Below are positions 10,901 to 18,527 of a DNA stretch of 35,741 bases, piece by piece. Location: the NCBI GenBank assembly GCA_008369845.1, contig MRSU01007292.1, positions 1-35,741 on the forward strand, written 5' to 3'. This DNA is from Trichomonas gallinae. Lineage: Eukaryota. The number at the start of each line of letters is the position of its first letter. Position 1 is the first letter of the stretch. The notes below the pieces were generated by a model, which worked only from the letters and a program-made list of their open reading frames with translations, had not been told where the DNA came from and did no database searches. The translations under genes were made by a program, and so were the position numbers.

Positions 10901-11548
10901 TTTTTGGGAAATCGCAGATGTAAGTGCAGCTTCTGCTGCATTTCGGATTCCATCGTTTGTGTTATCCATGCAGGATCTGATTATACTTTGCACCTGAAAG
11001 AAATGTTCTTCAAGTAACCCTGGGAATTTCGTCAAAAATATTTTCATCAGCATCAATCCTGATATACATCGCTCTATTTCCTTCGAATAACACCACAACC
11101 ACATTGAGTCAGCTAGCGGCTTTAATATTAGCTGTATTGAAGCCCTCAAAGTCTTTGTCATCCATGTTAATAGATTTGCTAATCCGTCCCAAATCTTTTG
11201 ATTCGGAATTGCAGGCAAGTTTATCAAATCTCGTGTCATTCTGTTTGCTTTGCTAATCTTGTCTCCTAAATAAACGTCGATTAATGAGTTTAATAAAAAA
11301 ATGTGGCTGATTGCTGACTGTTGTTGCAGTGAAATTGCTACGAAAAGTTCATCTAGGAAGTAATTCGCTTCATTACTGTCCTCTGCGAGTCTATAGGCCG
11401 ATTCCACGTAGAGTTGGAAATTGTTTTGCGCGACTTTGAATAATATTGATTCACTTTGGTTGATATTATCGCAGAGCTGCGTGATGTAGGTTTGAAGGGC
11501 ACGCGGACTCACTTCAACCATATCTTTCTTCCTGTGCCTCAAATCCAT
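4973..11548 (-). CDS. TOR: TOR-type PIKK atypical kinase (HEAT/FAT-FRB-kinase-FATC)
   Basis: SKQRPRK, KAHEDTRLDERVMQ, LGLGDRHFSN, HIDFGDCFE, PETVPFRLTRML, FATC end LCQMFSGWCPWW, FRB-like RVSVSWYE..DDAS..EAWD..VF, and a long helical N-terminal region. 2191 aa. Confidence 0.95.
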   Translation of the reverse strand: MDLRHRKKDMVEVSPRALQTYITQLCDNINQSESILFKVAQNNFQLYVESAYRLAEDSNEANYFLDELFVAISLQQQSAISHIFLLNSLIDVYLGDKISKANRMTRDLINLPAIPNQKIWDGLANLLTWMTKTLRASIQLILKPLADSMWLWCYSKEIERCISGLMLMKIFLTKFPGLLEEHFFQVQSIIRSCMDNTNDGIRNAAEAALTSAISQKETREHFGVVTLCASLNFTLSEKKWTDYSGALRAANIIISIIPENLACFTFVSLPLMYLHDKDLECQLATLKVLSFALRTTPSLFNADIIVNILTEYKKLLKKKSVFRRELLLTFSEFLFQRKPPYHSKEISLIQKIRNQILDQLDCEQACHSLIAINSVLELNSHDFVHIFKQQLTDLIVDGFYKLTKNNPKTQNFIHAHIINYANSMVLSQSTSQQIATYCNSFIKLDIPTNYFSTPMIYQILLYLNHPEYSVRTAAASFISFYTSKKPNNDYSQLMLSAACTESCTDLKMMLIRSCTLVQPFRDEVLTPIKTLLQDKQALIKKAALDLLASHVSDSRVAQIFKDFLAEQVTIMKNESEMMKRAIYSMLMITTALECNNEDFLNALFTPFASFIIFHLIDSKMKLPTCALSLLSHIIAFSPTEIDSVKLVKDHISTSLSIHSSKKRLDAALDLIMAALKHTNLMFSIYKENFYLVKMLIDLGGLNESDITRSKLLAVISQIGSVRKELFDSDLVRNSMTIHSTSYFISLLESNQPVECLIFASVGVSLSLLFGILRDESFSALHASAIEALLTVIKVQSQFGKLLENTLIKQMNDLLTYSGPSTSNILLSNITTLIAVLGDRFRPLVPHVIDFICQKWTKLDRSQLLRITDWLVNSTHDAVAPFIPRIATVFINGFMSYDERTVDGVFSVFVSFGSQVSSITHIIYPPMLLWISYNAKSQIINDVLTKTRFIFINGGTANFSGQIVQTLMDLMKQDSSLQERLLDIMCIVAAHCGLSFLLFLPRLISIFDIFSHPILKEIITVLKNGQKISSFKNLMDFVAPDSRTQASAFKKKSSLQKTRESSFVAHAPKLSSDEIQWLNWSNDFFYGIVRNSISRAISACYTLCMRHAEICRIIYPLAISLVYVLSIEDSLNKAHIIKIFERVFSGGEAPRSVVRHFLAALEILEILGIKLPISNEIIAQSAQNAGVFTQALRATEYMFENNVDVAEKLIILNQTLNLPLAAAGVLKLSHSKGFDIKQDVMAEKLGMWEEALKYTDKSLAAHPKDLNLINRRVKFLSELARYDEIRSLQNVDIVMRVSADLHLFDYKSFMNSCEQLSKQKYEYETDRYKWYLAIFYVMKNEKQKALDLISELRTARIPYLFPAINEDYDRIIVPLSQVDGYQQLVDVINVLEMKKSLNSPIPSERQKATDVIANVKRVWKERFNLMYKSQKSLHRFLYIGSLAFDPTDIQEEWLAFLETTLSNKSFSLTKSVLNYLKFKVNSTEKTFLDRLSVIDCRLSHETGNLTAVNSLQKIVSSITDQDLAEECANILSNWVDSSEKVRESLKSVIGFAKNSETFENWSRTNLRLYKQMHDMRYLEDALTGAINGVVACESRSVSLSLLILNILFMANENDSDFIQIFAERSKNVLPHKWIDIVPQIIARLTRDDTPLHKALFDLLYSIGELHPNAILYPMMVQLKSDNEIRRGIAEKIFAKLELKYTKITSIISAIANEMMRVSVSWYELTYQCIDDASHEYCPEVNKEKMLKCLQPIKDILNQNCETCFESKFTSQNFSQLKISFDLLEKYAKNNDEGSLHEAWDHLSLVFNNLRTVCQEMNEVLLSEVSPVLYKLKNSDLVVPGTYEYGKSPVTVSSFKNVVKIINSKQRPRKICVDGSDGVRYKFLLKAHEDTRLDERVMQLFHFINTLIDHSNIRMKSFLSLTTYNVVPITGEVGLIGWVKDCGTLHEAVKEYRKKRGVKIQAEQQATINYAPNYDTLKIDDKIVAFKKGLQATDGLDVRRILLSSSPSTSSWLMRRSTYSSSMAVTSMAGYILGLGDRHFSNIMIGKNTAKLVHIDFGDCFEVAMHRDRYPETVPFRLTRMLVNALEVSKIEGTFRSLCESSMEIMRQNGNQILSLLEAFIHDPLLQRQNKHNTSLAVDDAVSAVKRISDKLSGSDFEGKISLKVPDQVELLIQQATDEKNLCQMFSGWCPWW

Positions 11549-11552
11549 TTAT

Positions 11553-11584
11553 GTCACTTTTTATTTCGAAATGGCTGTCACTTT
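11553..11584 (-). promoter_or_regulatory. Two AAAGTGAC (M2-like) motifs upstream of TOR
   Basis: GTCACTTT at 11553-11560 and 11577-11584 on the + strand. The first reads AAAGTGACATAAATG into the start codon. Confidence 0.6.
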
Positions 11585-12024
11585 TCAATCTTATTTTTCA
11601 CAATTTTTGGAAAGCGTTTTCATTACTAAAAGATAAATATACAATTATTTCATTTTTAACTGTCAAATTATTTATATTTACATTGGCAGATTGTCATATT
11701 TCATTCAAAAATTTTTGACTGTCAAATTTCGCATGATTTTTATTTTAATCATTTTTGCTAAAACAGTAAATCTGACAAATAGCAACATATAACAATACAC
11801 AAACGGGAGCAGGAACTCCATTATAACCTGCGAATTCGATTTATATGTTGAACTTTTCCCAAATCCATTAGGATTTTAAAATCCAACCCATCCCTAAAGA
11901 TTGGGAAAAAGTGCCATCCCAGTGCAACTAAAATTGTTTGGTCAGGTATGTATAATGTTGACTTTTTCTCTATTTTTCGATTTTCACAACAAAATATTTA
12001 ATATTAACTCTCTTAATATTCGCT

Positions 12025-12204
12025 AAATCATTTTTATGATGAATATATTTTATCTTCAAACTGAAATCATATGATTTACCTATAAATTTTTTAAATATAT
12101 TTTAGTGTTTTTAGAAATTATTTACATTGACTATTTTAACATTTGTAAAATCATTTTTATGATGACTATATTTTCCCCTCAAATTGGAATCATATAATTT
12201 GCCT
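12025..12204. repeat. 57-bp direct repeat, two copies
   Basis: 12025-12081 and 12148-12204 (AAATCATTTTTATGATGAMTATATTTT...AATCATATRATTTRCCT), about 49/57 identical by eye. Confidence 0.8.
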
Positions 12205-12493
12205 TTATCAAAATTTATTCAATTTAATTTTTTATGATTTATGGAAAATCATATTTAAAAATGAGAGAATTAGAATGAAAAAATTTATTAAAATCGATAA
12301 ATATTCATTTTATTGAGTTTTTTTAAATTTTATAAAAAAATTTAAAATCTCATTTTAGAGGCAATGTTTAATGACAAAAAGTGAGATTTATCATATACAC
12401 TATGCAATAATAGAGTTATTTTGTATTAGTGTTAACAAAATGGCGTTTGACGATAAATGTGACAAGCGTTTAAAATCCATTTTTGAAAAAAAA

Positions 12494-12958
12494 ATGTCCA
12501 GGCGCCGCAACGTTATCCCACAAGAAGCTAAAGACGAGATTGCCGAAGTCTTCGAGCTCTTCGATGCCGACAAAAGTGGCTGCATTGACCGCCAGGAACT
12601 TTATGTTGGATTACGCGCGATGGGATTTAACGTAACAAAGGAAGATGTTGAACAGATTTTCAGAGAAAAGGACTTAGAAAACTTAGGATATCTCATTTTC
12701 AAGCAATTCAGAGAAGTCATCGCAGAAAAATTAAGTACTCGCAAACCAGAAGAGGAATTCAAGCAAGTTTTCGCTCTTTTCGACAAGGAACATACAGGCC
12801 GTATCGGCATTCGTGAAATCAAGCGTGTCTGCTTGGAACTCGGTAAAACGGATCTTACTGAGGACGACATGAAGGCCATGATCGATCAGTTCGATACAGA
12901 TGGTGATGGTTTCATCACACAGAAAGAATTCATCGCTATGATGAATGGTGACTTTTAA
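12494..12958 (+). CDS. Centrin (four EF-hand protein), 154 aa
   Basis: EIAEVFELFDADKSGCID..ELYVGLRAMGF and MIDQFDTDGDGFITQKEF are centrin-like. Start placed at Met42 of the ORF (AAAAATG, after TCCATTTT and AATGTGAC at 12456-12463) because the upstream extension looks like promoter DNA. Confidence 0.88.
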   Translation: MSRRRNVIPQEAKDEIAEVFELFDADKSGCIDRQELYVGLRAMGFNVTKEDVEQIFREKDLENLGYLIFKQFREVIAEKLSTRKPEEEFKQVFALFDKEHTGRIGIREIKRVCLELGKTDLTEDDMKAMIDQFDTDGDGFITQKEFIAMMNGDF

Positions 12959-13216
12959 ATAATATTTGATGATTTGTAAACATATAAATTCTTAAGATTT
13001 GACGTCTTTCCATAATTTTAATTCATTTATCACAAACAAAATCCCATTAATTTGACCTTTTTCTCGATATATTTTTTTGAAATAAAAATACAACAGAAAA
13101 TATATGTTTTTAATGAGTATATATATGTTTGTTTGATTGTCAGGATGTTGTGATGATTAAATAATTAAAACATGAATATAAAATTTTAATTAAAACAAAC
13201 AATAATATTTGGAAAA

Positions 13217-14509
13217 TCATTCTTCTTTCAATTGAGTTGCAAATATGTTAGAAGTCATATTATGCATGTAGCCTTCAGGAATCTCAATCTGAGAAATATG
13301 TTCAACAGCAATAACGAAAAAGTTCATCGCATCGCGGAAAACACTCGATGACTGCAGCTCTGCCCATTTGCTGATATATTTTACAATTGAAATGCAATTC
13401 GCTGGAGGACTCATAGATAATAATGCTAAAAATAGCGTAAGTGTGTCATCGAAGGATAGAACACCAACATCTGATCCGAAAAACTGCGCTAATGAGTCTA
13501 TAATGAAATATATCTGCGCCATCATATCTATAGGATTTGTTATATAATCCATTTCTCTCAACATCTGAACTTGGCGATTTTTGAACAAAGATCTGATCGG
13601 CAGGCCTGGGACATAGTAGTTACCAACATCTTTAGTCAGTTTTAGCGAACTCGCTGGTTGTTTTGCAAAAATTTCACATTTAATTAAGAATTTTTCGTCT
13701 TCTTCAAGATAGCATCTCAATTCTGGTTCTATTTGATATGCTTCATTAAATAGAAATCGTAGAGCAGATGTAAACAATATAATTTGGATATTTGTCGTTG
13801 TAGTTTTGAAATCATCAATTAATCCATTAATAAACTCTACCATTGTGTTGAAAAATCCTTCATCTGGTTCGCCATAAGCTATGAAATTAGCTAGAGAAAC
13901 AATCAATGACATAGGTCTATGTTCTAAAATATATTTTTCAATCATTGTATCAAAAACTGATGGTGGTGAGTATGATAAATCGTCATTAAAACGCTGATTT
14001 GCTTCAAGAAATGCGTTTTTAGTGGATTCTAGACTTGCTTCTTTTGCATAAACAACACAATAGCGAGATATCTTCGACATTAGGGATTTTCGCTGATAAT
14101 TGAGCGAAGAGTATTCTTTTTTGTTACTTAGGGACTTGGTGAGATGAATAATAAAATTTTTTGCTTGGAATTTAACAGTTGAATCATTTCTGATGATTTC
14201 GAGAACATATTTCGCAGCAGAAATACATTTCTGTAAGTTACCAGATTCAAATTCGAATTTTTGATTTTTGATATCTAAAATCATTTGTTTTATAACTTTA
14301 ATCATTCTTTTATTTCTCGGATTCGATGAATCAAGGTTAGGGAATTCCTTTTCTTCGAATTTTTCTTTAATTCTGACAATTTTATTTTCGCACGTAGCAA
14401 TAAAACCCTCTAATTTCTCAATACACGATGCCTGTTTCATTTTGTTTGACGTCAAGCCCATAATCATGTACCTTTTTAGTGTAGGACTGATTGTATTTTT
14501 TGTTTTCAT
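13217..14509 (-). CDS. Hypothetical protein with C-terminal VPS9-like (Rab5 GEF) domain
   Basis: LSFDDTLTLFLALLSMSPPANCISIVKYISKW...AMNFFVIAVEHI parallels the VPS9 pattern ADDLLPxL...NPP.L.S...YI..F...Y..T....AVEFI. AAAGTGAC motif at 14523-14530. Confidence 0.6.
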   Translation of the reverse strand: MKTKNTISPTLKRYMIMGLTSNKMKQASCIEKLEGFIATCENKIVRIKEKFEEKEFPNLDSSNPRNKRMIKVIKQMILDIKNQKFEFESGNLQKCISAAKYVLEIIRNDSTVKFQAKNFIIHLTKSLSNKKEYSSLNYQRKSLMSKISRYCVVYAKEASLESTKNAFLEANQRFNDDLSYSPPSVFDTMIEKYILEHRPMSLIVSLANFIAYGEPDEGFFNTMVEFINGLIDDFKTTTTNIQIILFTSALRFLFNEAYQIEPELRCYLEEDEKFLIKCEIFAKQPASSLKLTKDVGNYYVPGLPIRSLFKNRQVQMLREMDYITNPIDMMAQIYFIIDSLAQFFGSDVGVLSFDDTLTLFLALLSMSPPANCISIVKYISKWAELQSSSVFRDAMNFFVIAVEHISQIEIPEGYMHNMTSNIFATQLKEE

Positions 14510-15487
14510 AGCATCAAGTTATGTCACTTTTCTTTCTCAATTATTTTTCACAGTTCACTTTTCATTTCCTAATTTCGTTATATTCATATTTCTTATATAA
14601 TTAAATTCACTTTTTCCATTGAGACTTCTGTGAAATATGAATGTTTTGTAAAAATTGTTTTCTTTACTTGTCAGAATACTCACAATATTATTTTTTACAT
14701 GTCACATTTTTAACCATTATATCATTGCATTAGTTCCATGCATTAGTTTAAATATTTCTAATTCTATGATCCCACTAATACTGTTCTATTGAAATCAACT
14801 ACATTGACCTATAAAATATTGTATAAGTCATTGATTATTGATAAATTTGTTTCAAATCAAAGTTTTACAAATGTTTAAATTAAAGCTAAACAGGAATTTT
14901 GTATCTAATTCATGAGTATGATATGTTTATTTGGTAAACAACCTTGAAGATTGAGTTGGCAAGGTTGGATGGATATGAAAAAGTGACTTTTTGATGCACT
15001 GCTTCTGCCATTTTCTAATATGATGGGATGTGAAACATAAACTTGAATTTCCTTTTCTGTCCAATTGCAGATATTCTGAGTTCCAATTACCTGCAGGATC
15101 CTTTGTCATAGATTCGATTCTGTCATGTAATAAGAATCTATAATCTTGCAAAATGGCGAACTTCCATCGTTCTCTGAGTTACATGGTATTTCTACCAATA
15201 TTACTAGAAGCTTCATGAGTTATAAAGATAAATTACAATATATCAATGATTTTTTTTTTCATATTTGATGAAATTCTTTTCTTTAATTTCTTCGTATGAG
15301 TGCAAACTTATTGTAAAATTTATTCTCATACAAATGAATTGTCGAAAATTAAAAAGCAAATTCAGTATTTTGAAATTATTTTCAAAATCATAAATTTCAT
15401 CAATTTTTGAATAACTATATACAAAAGATATGATTTTTCGAATGATTTGAAAGAATAATTAAGTATAATACAGTTTAAAACAGAAAG

Positions 15488-17110
15488 TTAGAGTTCTTCA
15501 ACAGGATTTGATGGATTGAAAACAATGTGGTTTCCAGTTGATGATCGCACATAAGTATAATCAGCGGTAAGTGAGCCAGATCTGACATAGCTTGAGTCAT
15601 CGAAGTCTACTTTGACTTGTACTACTCTGAATGTTGGTGTTCTCGTTGATAATCCTTGTTCTATCTTCGAGATCGCATCATATGAATAAGCATAGTAACC
15701 GCAGTGTTGATCAGAGTTCTTCGGCTTGTCTACAAGTTCGAATGCATAGTAGAGGTGCTCTATTGGTATCGTGTCTATCAGTGTAACTTCATTAGTTTTA
15801 GAATTAATAACATAAGCACAAGGAACACCTGAGTCTAAGAACTTCATAGCTGGTCTTTTATCGAGTCCATTCCTAAGCAGGTAGTAATAGTCGCCTTTCT
15901 TGCAATGAGTTGTATTTATGCATTTCAATAAGCTTCCTCCTGTGTAGGTTTTGCCGCCCAAGAATCTTGTGACATCTGTGGAGCATTTGGAGCCATCATT
16001 GTACTTCTTGAGGCATTCTTTTGTGACTGGTGTCCAAATTGCGACGTCATCTGCGTTTGGACAAATCATCTGCTCTTGTTCATGTGAAATTAAGCCATAT
16101 AAGTATTCCAGTGAATGACCGCGGCCTCCCCAGCTGTTTCTGAGAATGAATATTCCTCTTGATGGATTTTTCCGAGTTATGTTGATGAAAAGTGGATCCT
16201 CGAAATAGTCATTGTATCCAACAATCACCATTGCGTGTCCGACCCCGTAAACTAGGTTATCTGTGTTGTGCGTTATCATTTCTGCGAGATTTGGTTTCGA
16301 AACTTGATAATCAAGGAAGGAACAGAATTTTTCACTATTATGTGGGCATTTGAGCAGTTTTTCTTTGCAAATTGAGTGATTTGCAACAATTGGATTTTGA
16401 TCGCATTCGAAATAGTATCTGGAAACAGGCATAGGGAAGTTAAAAGAGAGTGGGTATTGATATTTGAACAACATATCCTTAGTTTTATCGATTCCGACTC
16501 CAAATTCTCCGCCGCTTAGACGTATTTTAATCGGATTGGAAGAAAGCCTCTTTGAGAAGTCAGGACACTTCATTTCATCAGCTGGATCTTCCTGATATTC
16601 ACAAGTTGTGATAGGCATAATTGCGGACTTGAAATCATCGAATTCTTTGTAGAAATTGATAAAATCTTCAATAGATCCACCATTGGACTTTCCTCCTTTG
16701 CGTGGACTCATTCTACACGTTTGCGAAGTTTTATCTTTTTTGCATTTATCAACCATCCACTTTGCTAAAGCTTCTTGTGAGAATGCTACGTATTCTGTAT
16801 CATTGAGGAATCCTTTCATGATGCCATTATGCTTGTATTGCGATTCAACGAGGTAAATAGATGCGAAAGCCCAGCATGTTCCTCTATCGAACTGATTCCA
16901 TACAGGAAGCAAGTAACTTTGGTTAACTATGAATTTTTTCGGTGGTGGAAGGTATGGTTCTCGATAATTAACAGGAATTTCGATTTTATTTGAGAATAAG
17001 AAATAAATTAGATAACCTACGAAACAAACAAGAATGAATACAATCAGAAGAATAAAGAATTTACGATTTTTCTTCCGAGATTGGATTGTTTCATATGTTA
17101 AATCTTCCAT
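15488..17110 (-). CDS. Papain-family (clan CA, C1-like) cysteine protease with N-terminal membrane anchor
   Basis: Oxyanion Q and catalytic C in WNQFDRGTCWAF, catalytic H in GHAMVIVGY, N in ILRNSWG. RKKNRK followed by a 22-aa TM helix near the N-terminus. First ATG is at 17110 (the ORF track start at 17125 is TTG). Confidence 0.88.
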   Translation of the reverse strand: MEDLTYETIQSRKKNRKFFILLIVFILVCFVGYLIYFLFSNKIEIPVNYREPYLPPPKKFIVNQSYLLPVWNQFDRGTCWAFASIYLVESQYKHNGIMKGFLNDTEYVAFSQEALAKWMVDKCKKDKTSQTCRMSPRKGGKSNGGSIEDFINFYKEFDDFKSAIMPITTCEYQEDPADEMKCPDFSKRLSSNPIKIRLSGGEFGVGIDKTKDMLFKYQYPLSFNFPMPVSRYYFECDQNPIVANHSICKEKLLKCPHNSEKFCSFLDYQVSKPNLAEMITHNTDNLVYGVGHAMVIVGYNDYFEDPLFINITRKNPSRGIFILRNSWGGRGHSLEYLYGLISHEQEQMICPNADDVAIWTPVTKECLKKYNDGSKCSTDVTRFLGGKTYTGGSLLKCINTTHCKKGDYYYLLRNGLDKRPAMKFLDSGVPCAYVINSKTNEVTLIDTIPIEHLYYAFELVDKPKNSDQHCGYYAYSYDAISKIEQGLSTRTPTFRVVQVKVDFDDSSYVRSGSLTADYTYVRSSTGNHIVFNPSNPVEEL

Positions 17111-17424
17111 TGTGATTTTTGACAAATATAGTTGTCAAATTGCCAAAATGGACGACGTTTTGACAAATTTTCTGACATTTAGCAAATTTTCGAGAATCTA
17201 TTTTATTCGTTGTTAACACAGTTAAACTTGACCGATAATACCCTGATGAGTTCAAATAGATAAGATTATGGAAAGATATTAACATTGTTTATTAAAAATC
17301 ACAAAATATTATAATTCGTAGTATAAATCATGGGAAAGCTTGAAGGTCAAACGATGAATTGATGCAAAAATGAAACAGGTTGAGATTATTTTTTTGATGT
17401 TTTTTTTTTTCGTTTTGTAAGAAT

Positions 17425-17631
17425 TTAGAATGGACACTTCATGTAGAACCTTGTAACCCAATTTGAGATTCCTGGAGAAAACCATGTTGTTGCAAGTGGA
17501 AGGAAATTATGGATATCCCAGTTCAAAACCAATTGGAAACAGTGCCTTGAGAAAGTTTTGAGCTTAGCAAAAGGTGTCTTTCCAGGCTCAACATCGCTGA
17601 TTAATTCTTCGGAAAGATTCGTATCGGACAT
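17425..17631 (-). CDS. Small hypothetical protein, 68 aa
   Basis: GC higher than the flanks; codon choices (TTC, AAG, ACA, CCA, ATC) match neighbouring genes. Upstream AACGTGACAAAATAATAAAATG mirrors the NTPDase leader. Stop codon lies within TAAA. Confidence 0.6.
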   Translation of the reverse strand: MSDTNLSEELISDVEPGKTPFAKLKTFSRHCFQLVLNWDIHNFLPLATTWFSPGISNWVTRFYMKCPF

Positions 17632-17657
17632 TTTATTATTTTGTCACGTTTTAAAAC

Positions 17658-17825
17658 AAATTAGGGGTCTGATAAATCCGACCCCTAATTTATTTTACTA
17701 TATTAATCAGGGTCTTGTTTAGCCAGCCCCTATTTTATGATTAAATATTAATTAGGGTCAGAAAATACCAACCCCTGATTTATTGTTTAATCTTAATTAG
17801 GGTCTAGTTAGGAGTCAGACCCCTT
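17658..17825. repeat. Array of four palindromic units with 45-bp period and variable cores
   Basis: GGTC arm ends at 17669, 17714, 17759, 17804. Unit 1 is a perfect 12-bp inverted repeat AAATTAGGGGTC/GACCCCTAATTT around a 10-nt core. Confidence 0.9.
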
Positions 17826-17885
17826 TTAGAGTTAGTTTTTTTCATGTCTTGCACATTTCTCAAAAATCTATTATATAATATAGAA

Positions 17886-18527
17886 ATGGAGCAAGAGCCA
17901 GACCCGTCTGAAACATTATCACTCAGTCGTATTAAATTTTTAAAACAAGAGTCTCTGGTTAAGCCTCCACCGAGAATAAGTTTCGAATATTCAGAGCTTA
18001 GCTGTCTAAGACCGACAGAGTGGTTAAATGATGCAGTACTCAACTCCTATCTAAATCTAATGAAATCAAAAACGTTAGAAAATATTGGTTCAACAAATTC
18101 TTTCTTCTATAATAAATTGGAGCGCGATGGACCACAGGCTGCTGAAAACTGGGAAGGAATTAGCGGTCAAAAATTAAATAGATACGAAAAATTCTTGATT
18201 CCAGTTTGTTCCGGCGCACACTGGATACTTATGTGCCTGGATTTCATACGAAACGAACTACAAGTCCTTGACCCGCTCCATGGTAGATATAACAGAAAAG
18301 CAGAAGTTGTTAACAGTTTTCTTCAATTTCAAAAAATTCCGAAACTGATAATTACTCATCCACACGTGCCTGACCAGGAGAATGGATATGATTGCGGCGT
18401 TTTTCTTCTTTCTGCTGCAAGATGTCATTTTTTCAATAACGGAATTTACAATTATTCGCAAAAAGATATGCCAGAAATGAGACGAAAAATTAAACAAGAT
18501 TTAATCGAATACACCTCAAAGCGTTAA
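17886..18527 (+). CDS. Ulp1/SENP family (C48) SUMO/Nedd8-type cysteine protease, catalytic domain only
   Basis: LRPTEWLNDAVLNSY, NSFFYNKL, catalytic H in HWILM, D in VLDPL, Q/C in QENGYDCGVF, and MRRKI end. An in-frame upstream ATG at 17844 is an alternative start. Confidence 0.92.
   Translation: MEQEPDPSETLSLSRIKFLKQESLVKPPPRISFEYSELSCLRPTEWLNDAVLNSYLNLMKSKTLENIGSTNSFFYNKLERDGPQAAENWEGISGQKLNRYEKFLIPVCSGAHWILMCLDFIRNELQVLDPLHGRYNRKAEVVNSFLQFQKIPKLIITHPHVPDQENGYDCGVFLLSAARCHFFNNGIYNYSQKDMPEMRRKIKQDLIEYTSKR

Noticed and set aside
11943..11951. CAG|GTATGT 5' splice-site-like sequence (also GTATGT over the giant gene ATG)
   Set aside because: No downstream ACTAAC...AG fused branch/acceptor motif and no exon frame to join.
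12371..12493. 41-aa N-terminal extension of centrin in the ORF track
   Set aside because: AT-rich, contains promoter-like motifs, and centrin similarity starts after Met42.
17243..17276. CTGATGAG...GAAA hammerhead-like core
   Set aside because: No stem II pairing or flanking stems.
17658..17825. CRISPR interpretation of the palindrome array
   Set aside because: Eukaryotic context, no cas genes, repeats are not identical, and the variable segments are only ~10-13 nt.
17886..18527. Ulp1 as cargo of a Mutator or Maverick element
   Set aside because: No transposase, integrase, polymerase, TIR pair or target duplication around the gene within the window.
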